A stretch of 64,000 nt of DNA from Catajapyx aquilonaris (lineage: Eukaryota): positions 1 through 64,000 of the forward strand of contig JYFJ02002325.1 of the NCBI GenBank assembly GCA_000934665.2, given 5' to 3'. Below, one piece after another: positions 1 to 15,285 of this stretch (the first letter of the stretch is position 1; each line of letters begins with the position of its first letter). The notes under the pieces are model-generated. The model had not been told where the DNA came from and made no database searches. It saw only the letters and a list, made by a program, of their open reading frames with translations. The translations under genes were made by a program, and so were the position numbers.

Positions 1-3000
1 TGTTGGACCTTCGGGCTATTTCTATGCATGTGCTGGATGTCGGGTACTCATATAATGCCAGAGGAACTTTTGCATTTAAAATTTTAAAGCGCTTGTGACA
101 CAAGTGCTGATCTATAGCGGCGAAAAACTTTCGATATTTTTGTCGGAGGTTGATTCGCTTTTGTTGAGTGTGCGTGATTTACAAAGGGCCTGTTCTTATA
201 CGACGTAACGAAGGAAATACTATAGTTGGCGATATCATGAAAGCAGATTGTACTAGATCGTCACTGTATTATTTCTTACTTCCGATAGGATCAATATAGT
301 TATACACAAGTACCGGTACATTCGAGAAATACTCTGCTGGCAGCTTATAATTATTGGATTCTCTGTACAGTTTTTGATTTCGAGATGTATATGTTTAAAA
401 TAACACGTAAAATATTCGATCACAAGCATATTAAACATTATTCAATGTGCTTTCTTGAAGGAATTCGTATAAGGTACGCATTCATTTTCACTATAGGCCT
501 TTCACGTTTCAAATAATATTTTAACTCTGAGTGAAATTGAAATTGGTTAGGGTTTCGTGTAAGAGACATCTTTCTTAAACCACGATATCAGTACCTTTAC
601 CTACACTTTAGTGTTCGCTCCACACAGTAGAAACAAAGAGTGAACTGATCAAGGCAAGCACTTCCACTTCAGCCAATGCAAACGCAGTAGGCCTTTTCCA
701 ATATTTGAAAGTCCCACTCTGTATTAAAGGGTCTGGTGCAGAAAACCTTCCTGGAGACTCCTGCAGACGAGAAAACTAATCCGTATTCAACGATTCCAAA
801 CTTAGGGCGGGCGAAACCATAAAACGCACGTCTTTTATTTGGGAGTGAGTGGAATGAATGGAGGACAATATTAATGCGATGGTGGGCACACCAACTACCC
901 GCCACCAATGAGCCAACCTTCAGCAATAATGCAGAATCCGGGGGAAGAGAAAGACTGGAGTTTGCCGCCCGTTTACATGAATCTTACATTTCGACTCTCA
1001 CTGCGTGTCGCGTTCAAAAATAGATGTCAACTTTATCTGAAGAGGACACTCAACTCACCCTCCCTTCGACGTGCCTCTCGCCGCAGGACCCTCTTCTGGC
1101 CTGCAAAATGCGGAGAAATATTCTGCGCCATTTGCACCAAGACCTTCATGGTGTCCTCCATGCATAGGCTCCATGTTGCTCACTGTAACTGCTTCGAGGT
1201 AAACAAGTTTCATCGGGATTTGCAGGCACACACGAGGCACACTCGCATTCCAATCTCCTCATAACGACTCTCGAAGTCTCAATCGCGTTTGCAGCCTTAC
1301 AGTGTTACAAAATCAAAGCTGCCTTATTTTAGTTCAATGGAGTTGGCGTATCATAGTTCCAACCCAGGCCAAGGTTCATTATCAGCTCAAGGCTCGGCTC
1401 AAGGAGTCAAACATGTCTCAGATAATGAAATGATACTGATGGTTATTGGGTGGAAAGGGGCATATTTTTCTTCGCAATTGGATACCTTGCACTGACCACT
1501 CTAGACCGCCTAAATGAAGTGGATAATATTCAAATGTGTTTTGAAGATTTATAGGGCAATATTCCAGTAGCCTAAACAAGTTGGCTATCCGTCAAGCATG
1601 GTTCTGGCATAGCTGACTGCATGGAGAAATTTTTTAAAACCAAGTAATACTCCAGAGCACTTTTCTTTCCAACTTCCCCAACCATTCCCGACAGACATCC
1701 CCTACCACCCCAACTCTGCAAAACGGAGCAAGTCATCCAGAAGAAATGAGGGCAATGAGGCATATCCTGCGTCAACGACGAGTAAATACCTTGTGCGCAA
1801 TTAATGACACTAATGATGAAATTAAAATGAGGTCCCCTTGGGCGTGTTTTTCCTGCACAAAGTATTTTGGTGTGCGTTGGATAGGAGTGTTTATTAATAG
1901 GCTGCTGCGAGCTGGAGCAAACAGCGTGGGATTGATCCAATGGGGAATAAGCTCTCCTATGCATTAACAGTGCTGCGAGGAAAAGAAAAGCAATCTAAAG
2001 TTCAGGAATAATTTAATATCGCACTAACGCCCGTCTGGACCAGGCCCAAGATCCAGCCTTTTCTTCTCCTCTTCCTCCAGACTACACCAGCAAGGATTTG
2101 ATTAAAGGCCCTGGCTGCCTGCTGCTAGAAAGAGAGAAAATGAGAACCCCCTCCCTTTTTTCCATTTTTGCACCCAAAAAAAGACCATCGGCACGTTTAA
2201 TTTGCCCGCAATATTAAGCTCCAATTTTAGTGATTCAGTTCGCCAACGATTATTCCCCCCCCCCCTTCTTGTTTTTGTGACTCCTTCCGTCAGCGCTATT
2301 GTAACTGACGGTCACATTTTCAATAACTTGTTGACTGAAAGCAACACGTGACGCTTAATTGATATGCAACCATCTATCGCCACTATGCAGGGAAGTTATA
2401 GCGACAGTTTGCCAATGAAAACCGGTATACGTCCGGGAAAATTACACCATGAGGAGAGAGAACGTTCACTTATTTTTCCGATCCCACGCTCCGTGGCTGC
2501 TACCTAACTGGAATAAACTTTAATCACATGATGTTGACATACGCCTCTCGAAATGCATAGTGACATAAGTAGGTTGGGCGCAATCCCACTGCATAAAAGG
2601 GGACCAAAATTGATGAGGCCAGCAGGGCTCCATAGATCCTCCAAAGATCCACAGGCCCTGGGACGGCGAGACTTTTTTTTCCGAAGGAATTACTGATGTC
2701 GTTGAATTTAGAGCGGACGCCGATCGAAACGAATCTCCAGTCGCCTGCCTTTGGAAAAACCTCTTTTACCTTTCCAAACGCAATTACCGCTGCGTCAATG
2801 CTGCCGCAGGAAAAAAAAGACCCTTTTGTCACTCGCCGAAAGTCATCCTTCAGCATAATCAGTGTAGATTTCACACAAAAAAGTGCACTTGACCAAAGTG
2901 GCCAAAACACCTAGCCAAGTTCAAAATGAACTACCCCAATTAACATTTGTTTTTGCAGTGGCCACTAAAATACTTTTCATCGGCGCAGTGTGCCAGATGA

Positions 3001-6000
3001 AAGTTTACCCTACGGCAATAAGTAATACGACACAGGTAATTTATTTATGCCGTGTCGGCAATTGAAGTTAATTCTACCAGAGACACGTTCGGGACCTATT
3101 AATATTTGTGGAGGATGAACTGACACTAACTGGCCAACTGTGGGCAATCGAGCCGTTCCTAAAACTAATGATATTATTGTTAATTAATGCTGGTCGCACA
3201 CTATTATATTAAAAACACATGCACAAAACTTCATTAGCTGAATTGATAGTCTGCCAAACGTCGAAAATTTCCAATGAAACCCAAATCATTGTACAGATGT
3301 CATAACGCGTGTGTTCTATTAGAGGGCTATAATGTGACGCCTGAAATAATCACCTGCCAATTGTCCAGGATAAATATTCATTACCCTTCAATCAATCGTA
3401 AATTCACCTTTCTTCTCTCCCCCCCTGTGCATAGTTTTTATTTACTTGTGTCATTAACCGTTGCGGTTGCGCTGCAGTTATTAGTCGCCTGGGGTGATCC
3501 CCGTTTCATTTTGTATGCGGGATTGCATTTTACCCCAGTTTTGACCGACCCATAATCCGGTTCAAGCGATTTCATATTCCCAGCCAGGTAGAAGAAATTT
3601 GTTTTTCGAATGCCACCCCCAGCAATTTACCTTTATAAATCAGCTGCTTTTTAAGCCGAATGAAACGCATCAACCACTTTGTTATTAAATGGCTCGGTTT
3701 GCAACCAGTGTGGAATTCGCCTTATTAACTGCACTGCACTCATATTCTAGTCAGTGTATAATAATTAGGTTTCTATGCGCTATTTCACTGCAATAGTGAC
3801 GCTCTCGGGTAAATAATAGACTGTGGTGCATTGCGAAAATTCATAGCCTAAATTGTGGGGAAGGAGAAAAGTGAATTGTTTACCCTTAAATCATTATGAT
3901 ATATTCTTTTATTTTTGTAGATGTGAATTTCAGAACTATCATAGTAGCATGGGAGTTATTTCGACATATGTTATATTATGTTATCGAATGATTTGTTTTC
4001 AGAAATTATTTTTTGAAACTGACTATACTTTAGCCTTAAACATATTTGACCATCAAATGATATCAGTCAATGATAAAATTACACTGTCTAACCTGGCCTG
4101 AATCAATTTTGATCAAAGTGTGACTTTCCTCATTGTTGACTTTTTGAATACTGGCTCCTGTAGTACACAATCAATAGAGAAAAAAAAAATCCTCACTCCT
4201 CTTTTGAACTGGGCACACCCTGCATGATCAAGGAGAGGCAACACACACCCTCTGATAATGCTCTTTCTGATATCAAACAGCCATACTTGCATGCACGCAC
4301 ATGTTTCGTATCAATATCTGTGGACTATATACATGCTAACGTTGCAAAAAAAAACTTCCATAAATTTCGAGCCAAGAATAATTGCGGTCGTTGGCGCGCA
4401 TCCCTGCAGACAACATGAAGTGAGCTCCCCATTCTCTCCTCTTCTCGCTCTGTCTCTCCCTGCAGGACGCATTTACAAGATAGAACGCCTTTGGAAAAGT
4501 GACATGTATGTAACCGTCTACGTCTGGAAGTTTTTATTTGGCTTTTGGAAGCGTCTGGAGCTTTGACGCGTTAATTTTTCTCCTTCTTCGTTTCTCCCTT
4601 CCCCTCCACCCTTCCCCATCTTTCTTCAAGAAAGAAGAAGAGGGGGGGAGAGAAAAAAAAGTGCTCCTCTTTTGCCTCCAATTCAAAAGATGCCTCGTCT
4701 TCAATTTTTATCATTAGCGCCGTTATTTATTTACCTGCTGAGGCGGCCACGTCATGCAGGCGACGGGTCCTTAAAAAAGGAAACTGCTGTCCTCGTAATA
4801 TTAGTTGCGAGTAGGAAGAAGAAAAGAGAGAAAAGAGGTGCAGAAGCGCAGTATCGAATTTGAGTTTTGGAGGGTGGGCTTCCAAGCCGAAGACGTAAAA
4901 GTCTTTCTTTGTCTTACAAATTTGATAGGAGGCAGGAAAGTGTGTTTCTCTGATTTGCAATCGAAGGAGGCCCACAGGAACCTTGTGAGAGGAAAGCAAG
5001 TTTAGGCGGAATCCACTTTCCTCTCTTTTCCTCCCCTACCCCCCTACCTACCCCCCCTACTCTTCTCTTTTTCCCTATTTATTGATTTTGAGACCCTTTG
5101 CGTTGTTTCTACTCTTCCAAATTCAACTTTCGCCCGAGCATGACGAGGCTCCCACCGAATACTTTTGGGGGGAGAGGCCTTGGGAGAAAGAAGTGACTTT
5201 TTTATATTCCCTAGGATGAAGCTCCAAGTGCCACTATTTTGGCCATACAGACTCCCAGAAGTCATTAATAATACACACTCGCTGGAATTTCTGCTTACAC
5301 TTTCCAGCCAGAAACCTGATTTTGCGCCAGAACCCTTGGAAACAAAATGCGGGCTGTCATTCTTTAATCATACCAACAGGCCTCAAGGAAGCAAGAGTAT
5401 CTTGCATTGTAGTACAAGCACTTTTTTATATTCCGATCCGACAAGTTGCAAAGAAAGGTTGATGCATAGAGCGTGTCTTTATTCGCCTTGTTCTGCATGC
5501 CATAAAATAGTCCAGAAGCCGTTTCCCTTGCCATGCAATGGAGGACTCCAAATGAGATCTAAAACTGGAATGATTGGCAACTGCGCTTCTATTTGAAGAA
5601 TTATTCACCAACTTTTCCCTCGGACAACTTTATGGGAGGTTTCGCCTTTTATGCGACAAGAAACTCTTCCAGCGATGAGCTGCTTCAAAGTTTAAGGCGA
5701 TGTAGTACTATCTAAAACGGAATGCAGATTTCCCCTTCAACCTACAGAATCTACTGTTGAATTCTGCATGCAAGAATAGACGCGTATTAATATGGAATAT
5801 GGAATATTAATAATAATCTGCCACTTTCAGTGAACAGTGCCTTAAAATTTGTATTTGGGGCCTATTATGCCGGTTGTATGGACAGGACGGGACTAATTAG
5901 CAGGAGGAAGTGTAGGGGCTACCGATATACTATTTGGTGTCCTATTTTCCACCTCATGTGTCCTCGTGGGAAAAGATTTTTATATATACGGTATTTTTTC

Positions 6001-9000
6001 GACTTACTTGGAGGGGCGGAGACCGGTCGGGCATTTGAGGGCAGAGAAAGAAAGCATTAAAAGCTCGGCGGCGTCGTAAAGCGCAGTGTAATGCAGAAGG
6101 AAGCAGTTCCAGCTGCAAGGAAAATCCTCATAAGAGCATATTTGTGCAGCAGAGCGATGGGCCAGGAATGAATTCCATCTCCTTCCCCATTCCCTGCAGG
6201 ACCTTTGATTTACTCGCAGAAAAGGCAGAAGCAGCCCTCTCTTATCGTGCCACATTTTATTATGCAAATGATTGAAGATGTTAATTAAGAGAAATGAAGC
6301 GGTCCTTTAAGCCACAGTCTTTTTGTAAAAAAAAAAAACTTTCCGAGACCCAGAGTTGTGAAGAGAAATTAAAACCAGTTATGAGCCTTAAGATGAAACT
6401 CCTGTTATGTCTCGAAATCATTCCATCATTTTGAACGAAGAGATGTGTCATCACTGATGGCGCTTTCTGAGATAATTGCAATCTTAGTTAATATTTGTAT
6501 GGGAGCCGCACTGCAGTTATTTCGGACGACTCTGATCCATACTCTGACTCTAAGTTATAAAACTGCTTAACTAATATTAGCACCAAGTCAAGTCTGACTG
6601 ACTGCATTTCCAACAGAGTATATCTTGTAGGTATAACGTTGTTGGGTACTGTCCAAACTGCGCAGAAAAGTAACAAAACAAAATCATTTCGAAACAACTG
6701 CTGGTTATGAGGCAGTGTTTTATCACGGCGCTGATGCAGCGCTCCACTTACTTAAAATCTCTAATTACAGGTGAAATTAATCACTTAATTACATGTGGTG
6801 GGCCAGCGCTACAACTCGGCATAAAGAGCAACTCTCATTTAGACTCCCAGGGAGATGCATGAGAGTGGATTTTATCTAGGCAATTTCACTGTTCGTAGGC
6901 TGCACTGGAAGTGAGGAGAAACATTTTTATCGCAGTTGTTTCTACGCACAAAAACATGGCCAGCCACTAACTTAAATTGCATTTTCAATTGCATGCAACG
7001 GGTGCAACCATAACTGCAGCCCAGAATTAAGAGAGTGACAAGAGAGGCACAAAACGCAACCAACTTGGTCCCATGTAATGTGACGTAAAAATACCGCAGC
7101 CTGCCATGTTGTTTCAAAGGCTTGACGCTCTGGGTTAAATGGATTTGGTGTGAGGGTGTGTGTGAATGTGTGTGTGGCTTAGGTCTCTTGAATATGTGTC
7201 AGGAAGAAGGACCTGGGCAGAACCCAGGGAAACTCTGGTGGTCTGTCTTAAATTATTCATGGGATGAAAGGGCTGTAAAGTTTGGTCTGGAGCATGTGTG
7301 CACGCACCCACCTTACCCAGTGTATACCTACTGAGAAGGGAGGTAGAACTGGCCTTCCTCCTCCCGAAATGGAATTAAATGCTTCCTGGGATCCATTCAT
7401 GCAAATTGAGCCACAAATCCTGTGGACTTTCTCATTGAGAAAGTTCCTCCCCGTACTTTTTCCTAATTGTCGCCGAGGCTCTCTCCCAGAGAGCACTTCC
7501 AGCAGGGCTGCCCAATTACACAATCCTCCGCCTGCACTTTCAGCAAGCAGGATTTGACAAACGCAGCACTCCCTATTGCAATTCTCTACTTCTTTATAGA
7601 TACCTCCACGACTGATGGCTACACCCGGTATGCCACCTTATTTCTCACCCGACGCCTTTCATCCAAGGTGCTCTGGATTGATGCAACACCCAGATCAATA
7701 GTAAACTTAGCAACAATGTGGTAAACATTCTGGGCAACAATTTTGATTGGTTCAGAAGACTCGGATGCAGCTGTATTTGGCAGTGTACTGTAAGATGTAC
7801 TCTAAACTGGACCGTTATAACGTTTCAGCATCAATGTGCTGTCCTATGAAAATTATTGGAACGGCATATTAGGCGGCAATTTAATTCTCGGCCGAATAAT
7901 TGCAGTGTATCATGGCATCATTTGCATGGCGTAAAAAGTATCCCCCCACCCAGTGATAAATGGTGTTTGAATTACGTCAAATCGTGATTATCGCACTGTG
8001 GCATCATTTGAACTCCCACATGAATGGCGCTCGTCTGTTATCGATGAAAATTTCGCACAGTGAAAGTCGCACTGTCCGAATATCTTTGACTCCTTTATGT
8101 GTGTTCGGAAGTGTTACAGTCTGCTTTTTAACGACAGATGTTGCGCATAAGTGTGAAACGTCAGAACCCGCAGGAAGCGGCTGCAGGTTTATATGATGCA
8201 TGCATGTGTTGTAATGCTGATTGAGTCATGGGGCCATCCGTTTATCGCTTGTTTCTGACCCTTACGACCGCCCTATATGCTCTCCTATTTGGCCATTTTT
8301 TACCCTAGGTACTACTAACCATAGCTGCTGTTTTTGCTCACTGGCCACACGAGAAATGCTCCATTATTGTGTACTTGGCCAGATTTTAACTCTCTAAAAG
8401 AATGTTCCTGTTAGTCCTCATCAGGCTTTAAAGCCTGTTATGGCCTACAGATACTACCCAAGCTTGTGCTAATTAATTGGTTAATTAATTAATATAAGTC
8501 TATGGGGCTATCAGGAAGCAGTAATGGCGATAAGTGCTATTAAACGAGCGCTTCCATAAAAGGCAGTGTTGTTAGAGCACAAGTGCCCCGCAGATTTTTT
8601 TACCCCCCAGCTCTTTTTTTCTCTCTCACTTTTTTTTGTCACGCCAGAGAAACCTTTCGGACCATGAAAGTCGAGTAACTTGACCCGAGAACCTTTCTGT
8701 TGTGGCAACGAAGCCATAGAGTTGGAAGGAGAGAAAAGCCGTCTCGAGCTTGGAATGATCCCAGTTTACACCTTAGTGCGACACTTTTCTCTCTCTTTCT
8801 TTATGTGTGCGTTTAGAAGCAGAAAAGTACATTCCATCCATCCTTGACTATAACCCAAGCCCATACACTGGAAGTTCCATTAGGAAACTAATCTCATTTT
8901 TTTGCATTTCAATTATTAAGTTTTCAAAAAAAAACTGTGGCTTACATTAATCTACATATACAGTAACTTAATATAGCAAAAACTGTGTCTTTCAATTTGG

Positions 9001-9819
9001 AAAAAAAATTTCATCGCGCTTGGTCATTTTGTGAACTTGTGTTACTTCTAGGTCCCTCACTGAGGTAATATTTCGAAATGAATAAGTAATGCTTGGGTTG
9101 TCTGAGTGGTAAGCGGTGCCCAAAGCAGAGTCTCCACGACTGTCACATTTGCTATTCTGTTGCTCACATTTATCACAGAGATAGATGCAATAAACCTACA
9201 TCCGTTGCAACTAGAAACATCAATACTGAATATTTTATATGTGCGTACATAATTTAGCATGCTGCAATTATCGCAAGTGCAGCTCATTTCCAAAAGTGTG
9301 AGCCTTCTCTGTTTGTTGATGTAAAAGGTCCTATGACGACGCCATTAATGTATAACTTACTGCTTTTAGATGAAAACTGCCATTGTGCTGGACTGTTATC
9401 AGCGAGGAGACACCTTCATTTGTGGCTACCTGTTACCATAAGGTGGCAGAATATGTAAATTGCAAGATAATTTTTGGAGATGGTGGTGTGTCTCATTTTT
9501 ATAGCCTTCAAAAATCACATCTATAACATACGTACACTATTAGTATATTTTGCTAGGAACTGTATTGATCTGTGATCTTTTTAATGTAAATTAAAGTAAG
9601 GTCATGAAACTCATGATTGCACGACTCAATAATTACGATGAAATCCATTCAACAGGGATCTCCGGCCCAGCTTGAGGCATCTTTTGAACAAGATTTTGGT
9701 CCCAAAGCACAAGAGTAATAAGACTTTGAACTTGGCCATGTTTATATGCCTGAAATCCTTGCAGCTCCGATGGAACCCATTGGGTGTAATACAAAGTTCA
9801 CTTAGGTAACTTTGGCCAT

Positions 9820-9834
9820 CGACTAGAGGGCACC
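9820..9834 (+). promoter_or_regulatory. CTCF-like motif
   Basis: CGACTAGAGGGCACC. Motif match only. Confidence 0.3.
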
Positions 9835-11265
9835 ACTGTGGCAGCTAATGGTACAAGCCGTCTGACAAGCTCAAACGTAGCAAGTCAGGAAACTATTCGA
9901 GTCTAAAACATATGAGACTACTCCAGCCACCGATAGCATATTCAATTCAGCTAAGATGTAATTTGATGAGAAAATGTTTTTTTAAACAGGCATAGATAAT
10001 TATGTTTCACTTATTATCTTGCGAAATAATACCACACTCATACCGCAAAAATGGTTCATGCTTACACTGGCAAGTGAAAAGCACAAAATCAATTACTCGT
10101 TAATATGGGGCATGCTGAATAAATGAAGAGCCTTTTTGGCAACACACCTACAAACCGTAATGTTGACTCTTTAAGAGAAACAAACAACAATGTGTGCGAA
10201 TGCAGATTTTGAGTTGGACCCATGGGGAAGTCATTTGGAAATTCATTGATTTAGGGCGTATAGTGTATATTCATCTTGCCCTACTAATGCAGTTGTATAT
10301 TATGTATGGTGGGCATGCATTACACAGAGGGAACTAGCGAACAAAAATATGTGCCCTGCTTAGTGCGTCAGTTGATTTTGAATCATGAACGCTTTTAATC
10401 TGATGAGGATTATCCATTAGGCTGCTACGGTTAGAACTGAATTACACTTTAACATCGCACTAAATCTACTTTCAAAAATGAGTTTGACATAACTGTGGCA
10501 ATGCAAGTTAATATAGGTGCCCTTCACATACACAGGATGTTTTCCATGGCGAAAACCTCTGCTAATAATTTTGCAATGCTTCTGTGGTCCTCATTACAAA
10601 ATAATTTGAGCAGAATAATATACCATCAGTTTGAATTATATTACAAAATCATTAATGGACGCATATAATCTGCGTGATTATTATCTGATAACCAACAATT
10701 GACCAGCATTAGTCTTTTCGCTGGACTTTATGACAAGGAAGATTTTAATCAGCATGTTTGAATGATGGTGAAGCCATTAATTCTTTATCCACGAGGACAG
10801 CCAGCTTCTTTTAATCCAAACATTTGTTCCAGTCGTGTTTTGTAATTACAGGTTGGACAAGGCTAGTAAATCTTCTAAACTCGCGTAAGAAATCTAAAAA
10901 AAGCAGCGTCGCAGCACCTGGCTGCACACGGCTTCCTGCATGTCTGCTCGCCCACTGGGCCTTCCATTTCCTGGGTACACACAGCAGAGGGAAAAGCATT
11001 TTAGCGTCAACCTGCCTCCTGTTTCCACATCCAACAATGTAACATTTTGGAAACTAAATTGCAAAAGCACAGTCACATTTACCCACAAATAAAGTGGGTT
11101 GCAGCAACATTAAAACTGTAGGCAGGGAAAATGTTGCATTCTGAGGTGTAAGCAAGAAGTGAAAAACTCTGCTATTTTACTTCCATCTAGTAATTTGCGT
11201 CAATTATCACAAATTGTGTAAGTGTGGACAGTATGTTCGACTTACAGATCTTTCAGGTGCTTGCC

Positions 11266-11281
11266 TCTGACTCACCCTGTA
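11266..11281. mobile_element. Solo terminal repeat of the same MITE family
   Basis: TCTGACTCACCCTGTA is identical to 23278-23293. No partner end was seen nearby. Confidence 0.45.
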
Positions 11282-14200
11282 TGCACATATGGTGTGAAGC
11301 ATCTCCTCGATTTAAAAAGCAGCATAGAAAACTAGTGGCGATTGTTGTCAGTCCTAGTAAACACACACAATAATAGAGATGAACCAGTTGCACTGAACGA
11401 GCAGCAACATGTTGACAGAAAATTACGGCATCAAATATAATTCAAATCGAGTAAGTCTGGTAGTCCAGCGGAGGGGGGGAGGATGGAAATGGTGGGGAGG
11501 GGTGAAAGCGCCACGTTATATTGCAATATTAGCATGTCTGATTTTGTTGGGATTTGATTAATAAGCACATTGAATCATGTTACACGCGGAAAGCTACATG
11601 GGATCAGCAGGCTAAAAAAAATCCCAAACATGACACATATTACCACACAAACGATAACAATATTAATAGGGTCAATTTATACAAAAAATATAAACACGTT
11701 TTGGGTAATGATTAAATTGTAAATAAATTATTCATAAGCGCGATAAACCTCGGAATATATTACTAGAAAGCAGCCAGATTGCGCCATAAATTCGCTGGGT
11801 CATGAAAATGACCAAACCATCCCTCAACCCCTTTACCCAACGTTCTGACATTACTCCCCTCCAATATTCAGATAAAAAAGAGGAAAAATAACACTCCCTG
11901 CATAATAAAGTCATTGAATTGAGGTCGTTTAGTCTTATGGAAAAAGCCCTTCCCCGATTTCCTTTTGCGGGCATACAAAAGCCGCCATATGCTCTTCTCG
12001 CGCCGTATCTGGAAATGAAAGTTTGATCAATCAATGCAGAAAATGTGGGCACTTGGTTCAATGCAAAAAGCAGGCAGTACAATATTTTAGAGGCTGTCCT
12101 TATACCTGGGTCCTTTCGACACCTGTTGCCAAAAATTTACTGATACATGGAACACTTGAGGTAGCAAAAAAAATGTATTTCGTACGGGTGTGTTTTAGGT
12201 GCGCCGCATTAGTGTTGCAGACTGTCATAAAGCCGACTTTCATGGAGACAGATGCCACTGTTAGTACTTGACTTGCGCCCCGAGTGCATGCAAGCTCCTT
12301 CAGGTTTTGCAAAAAATAATATAATCACATAGCACTCTCACAAATATGTGTTGCGCAATAAAAAATGGCTTGCAAAAAAACATTAAAAATTCTGCTTGTA
12401 ACGCCCGCAAGATATTAATAATTAAAGCAATACTCGCTTTTAATTACAGAATGCTAAAAAAGAAATGGGAGTGCTTTAAATCACGGAGGACAAAAGTTCT
12501 GGTGACATTTATGCCTCGGAATAACATTAGCACTAAACAAGTCCGACTCTTTGGATTAATGGCGAGTTTTTCATGGCATCATGTAGCTCCAGTTCTGGAT
12601 GCTCCAAATTGATGAACTGGTATAGTGCGTGTTAGCAGGGACTTTCTCAGTCGGGTGCTGCATAAAATTTGCAAGAGTTTAATGAAAATCTTGCTGCATT
12701 AATATTACACAAGTTGTGTCGTACAAGGGGGAAAGCCGGTATGAAAGACCGGCAAGTCTTCACTGTTGACATCAACCATGAAGCTTATGAAAGACTTGTA
12801 ATTAATGGAGAATTTCCATAGTTTCCAGCAAAGTAGACAAGAGGGCGAGGGTTGTTGCACTTTCTCCTTCAGCAGCCACTGCTAGACATGAACCCTATAA
12901 CGCTGCCTTCGTATATAAACTGTATTAGATATTATACACTCTGGAAGGAGTATATCCAACCAAGGGAAAACCTACACTTTCTTAGCCGCGATTCGCACTG
13001 CTAAATACTTGCTTCAATTAGTTCAAGTATTACGACTTTATCAATTCAGGCGGAACCTTCTCCGAGCTTCCTAATTATACGTCGGCCTTGGAAAGGAATT
13101 TGTTCAAATCGTTAATGAGCACACTCTTAGCCTCGGCTTTTGTTCCAAAGTGTACAGCGACATTATTTCAAACAATTTTGGGATGGGCGATTCACTTGCC
13201 GCAAATGAGACATAAAGAACGACAATGCTAATTAAGCTAATTGACGATATGATAAAGCAGCTTACTCGCGTTAATTGCAGATTTCCACTCGCGCAGTTGA
13301 TGTCACCTTGCAAAGGACGTTTGTTACAAAGCTGCGATTAGCAACAGAGCCTTCGAATTCTGTGTATAGAAGGAAACGTGTTGCGTCACTGGTATAGACC
13401 CCCGTTTTAGTTTAGGAGAGGCCCGGCTATAGCTCCTAGAGTTTCTGACACTAGAAAATGCAGGGAGAATGCGGAATAGTTGGCTTCTCGGCCATGCATC
13501 TACTACAGTATAACCGGCTTCTACATCTCCGTTCCCATTTTCTAAGCGGAAGGTGGGTTATAAATCCTGGCGAAATTAAAATCGAAGACGGTAGGTAACT
13601 GTTGCAGGAGAAAAGCAAGGGAAATTTTACGAGCTCTTTGAGAGGAGGGAATTGAAAGCCTTTGGGTGGGAGGGGGTATAGGTACCAGCTAATGTGTGTG
13701 AGGATGAAGGTGAAATTGCTGCCCACCGTGCATAGGAGAACTAGTTGGCCTAATTGATTGCTCTTCTCCATCCAGTGTTTAATAAGTTCTGGAAAGCCCA
13801 GCCTCTCCCCGACTCCCACACCAGCCCATCCCTCCCCCAATATTCGAGGGAGTTATAATTTATGCGGCCCCAGCCAAGCATTCCGTTGTGGAGAGGAACC
13901 CTAATACTCTACCTCACAGAGCACGCCTTGTTTAAAGCCCTCATTCTCCTCTGAAAGGAGGGCTGACTGTGGAAGAGATGGTTTGTACCCGCATTTCATG
14001 CTCCGCAGGACTGCTTAATTAGAACAAAAACTAATGAATCATCCCCGCCTGTCGCCGAGCCCATACTTCTCCAGACTTGTTGATTCCTCTCCCCATCTCT
14101 CTCTTCTCTAGCTTCTCTCTCTGGTGTCCAAGAGATGCTTTCCCGCTTTCGTCTTCTGCCACACGTGCCGCTCTAAATCAACCTTCATCATCTCTACTTT

Positions 14201-15238
14201 TTTTTCCTCTTCACGTGAATGTCTTGTGCGTTATTACATTCTAAGCCTACTACTATCTTCCTCTCAAAATTAAAGGACGGTATAGTAAAGCATTCATTAT
14301 TTTCGACATGATGAGTTTTTGTTCTAACTTACATGTACTGTAAGGCCCGTATAATAATGAAATATTGAATTACTTGTCTTAGATCTCTTGGCTGATTAAT
14401 TAATTTTATTAGGAGTCGGATTAGGATTAATGCGACAGGGGGTGCACTCCACTGATTTGGGAAGATTGAGTTAGAAGGGAGATTAACTGCGTGATAGTCT
14501 TGCACTGATGATTCTGCGAAATTGACCAAAACTCGAATGATTCCATGGGGCAGATGAAGTGTATGACTATCTTCCCTTTTCTTTTTATTTGCACAGAACA
14601 TGTTGCTGATAAACAAAAATTATTACACGGGCCACTTTATCAATTTCCAATAATTATTATGTAATGTTTATTGTCATATTTTATATAATGCAATTTCTCT
14701 ATAAGACATTTACCGTGAGAAAAGTACCCATCGATAACTATATTGCACAATGGCTGATTCAATATCGACCAAATATGTTTCAAATATTGTTACAGGAAAT
14801 AATAATTTGCGATGATGGTTGAAAGCTGGTTGGCAAATATGATAATAATTAATGCTTTACGTATTATTGTGGTAAAACAAATTTCGATGGCACGTCCTTT
14901 TTCACAATTTAATTGCCGACAGGCGGATAAGTGGCTAGGTACATTACAATAAAATAATTGTTCGCCCAATTTATGCGAAATGCCATAATGACAGTGTAAT
15001 TAATGCAATAATTTCACTCCAGGACCGCAATCTGATTTTGCCTCTGAACTTTTAATTCGTGACATTAAAGGAATAATTGCTCCCCCGCACTAATTACGTG
15101 AGTTAACTATTACTGTTTTACTCTTTTTAATTTATTGCTCATTTTTGAACGAATTTTTATTTTGCATATGTGCTATTATTAGGCTCGCTAAATATTTTTA
15201 AAAATAGCGACGTTTCTGCTGTAGTGCCAGTACTCCAC

Positions 15239-15285
15239 AATAATAATAATAATAATAATAATAATTATTATTATTATTATTATTA

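Noticed and set aside
8410..8437. Hammerhead-like CTGATGAG (minus strand) and a 16-bp palindrome CAGGCTTTAAAGCCTG
   Set aside because: No stem II followed by GAAA, and about one 16-bp palindrome is expected by chance in 64 kb.
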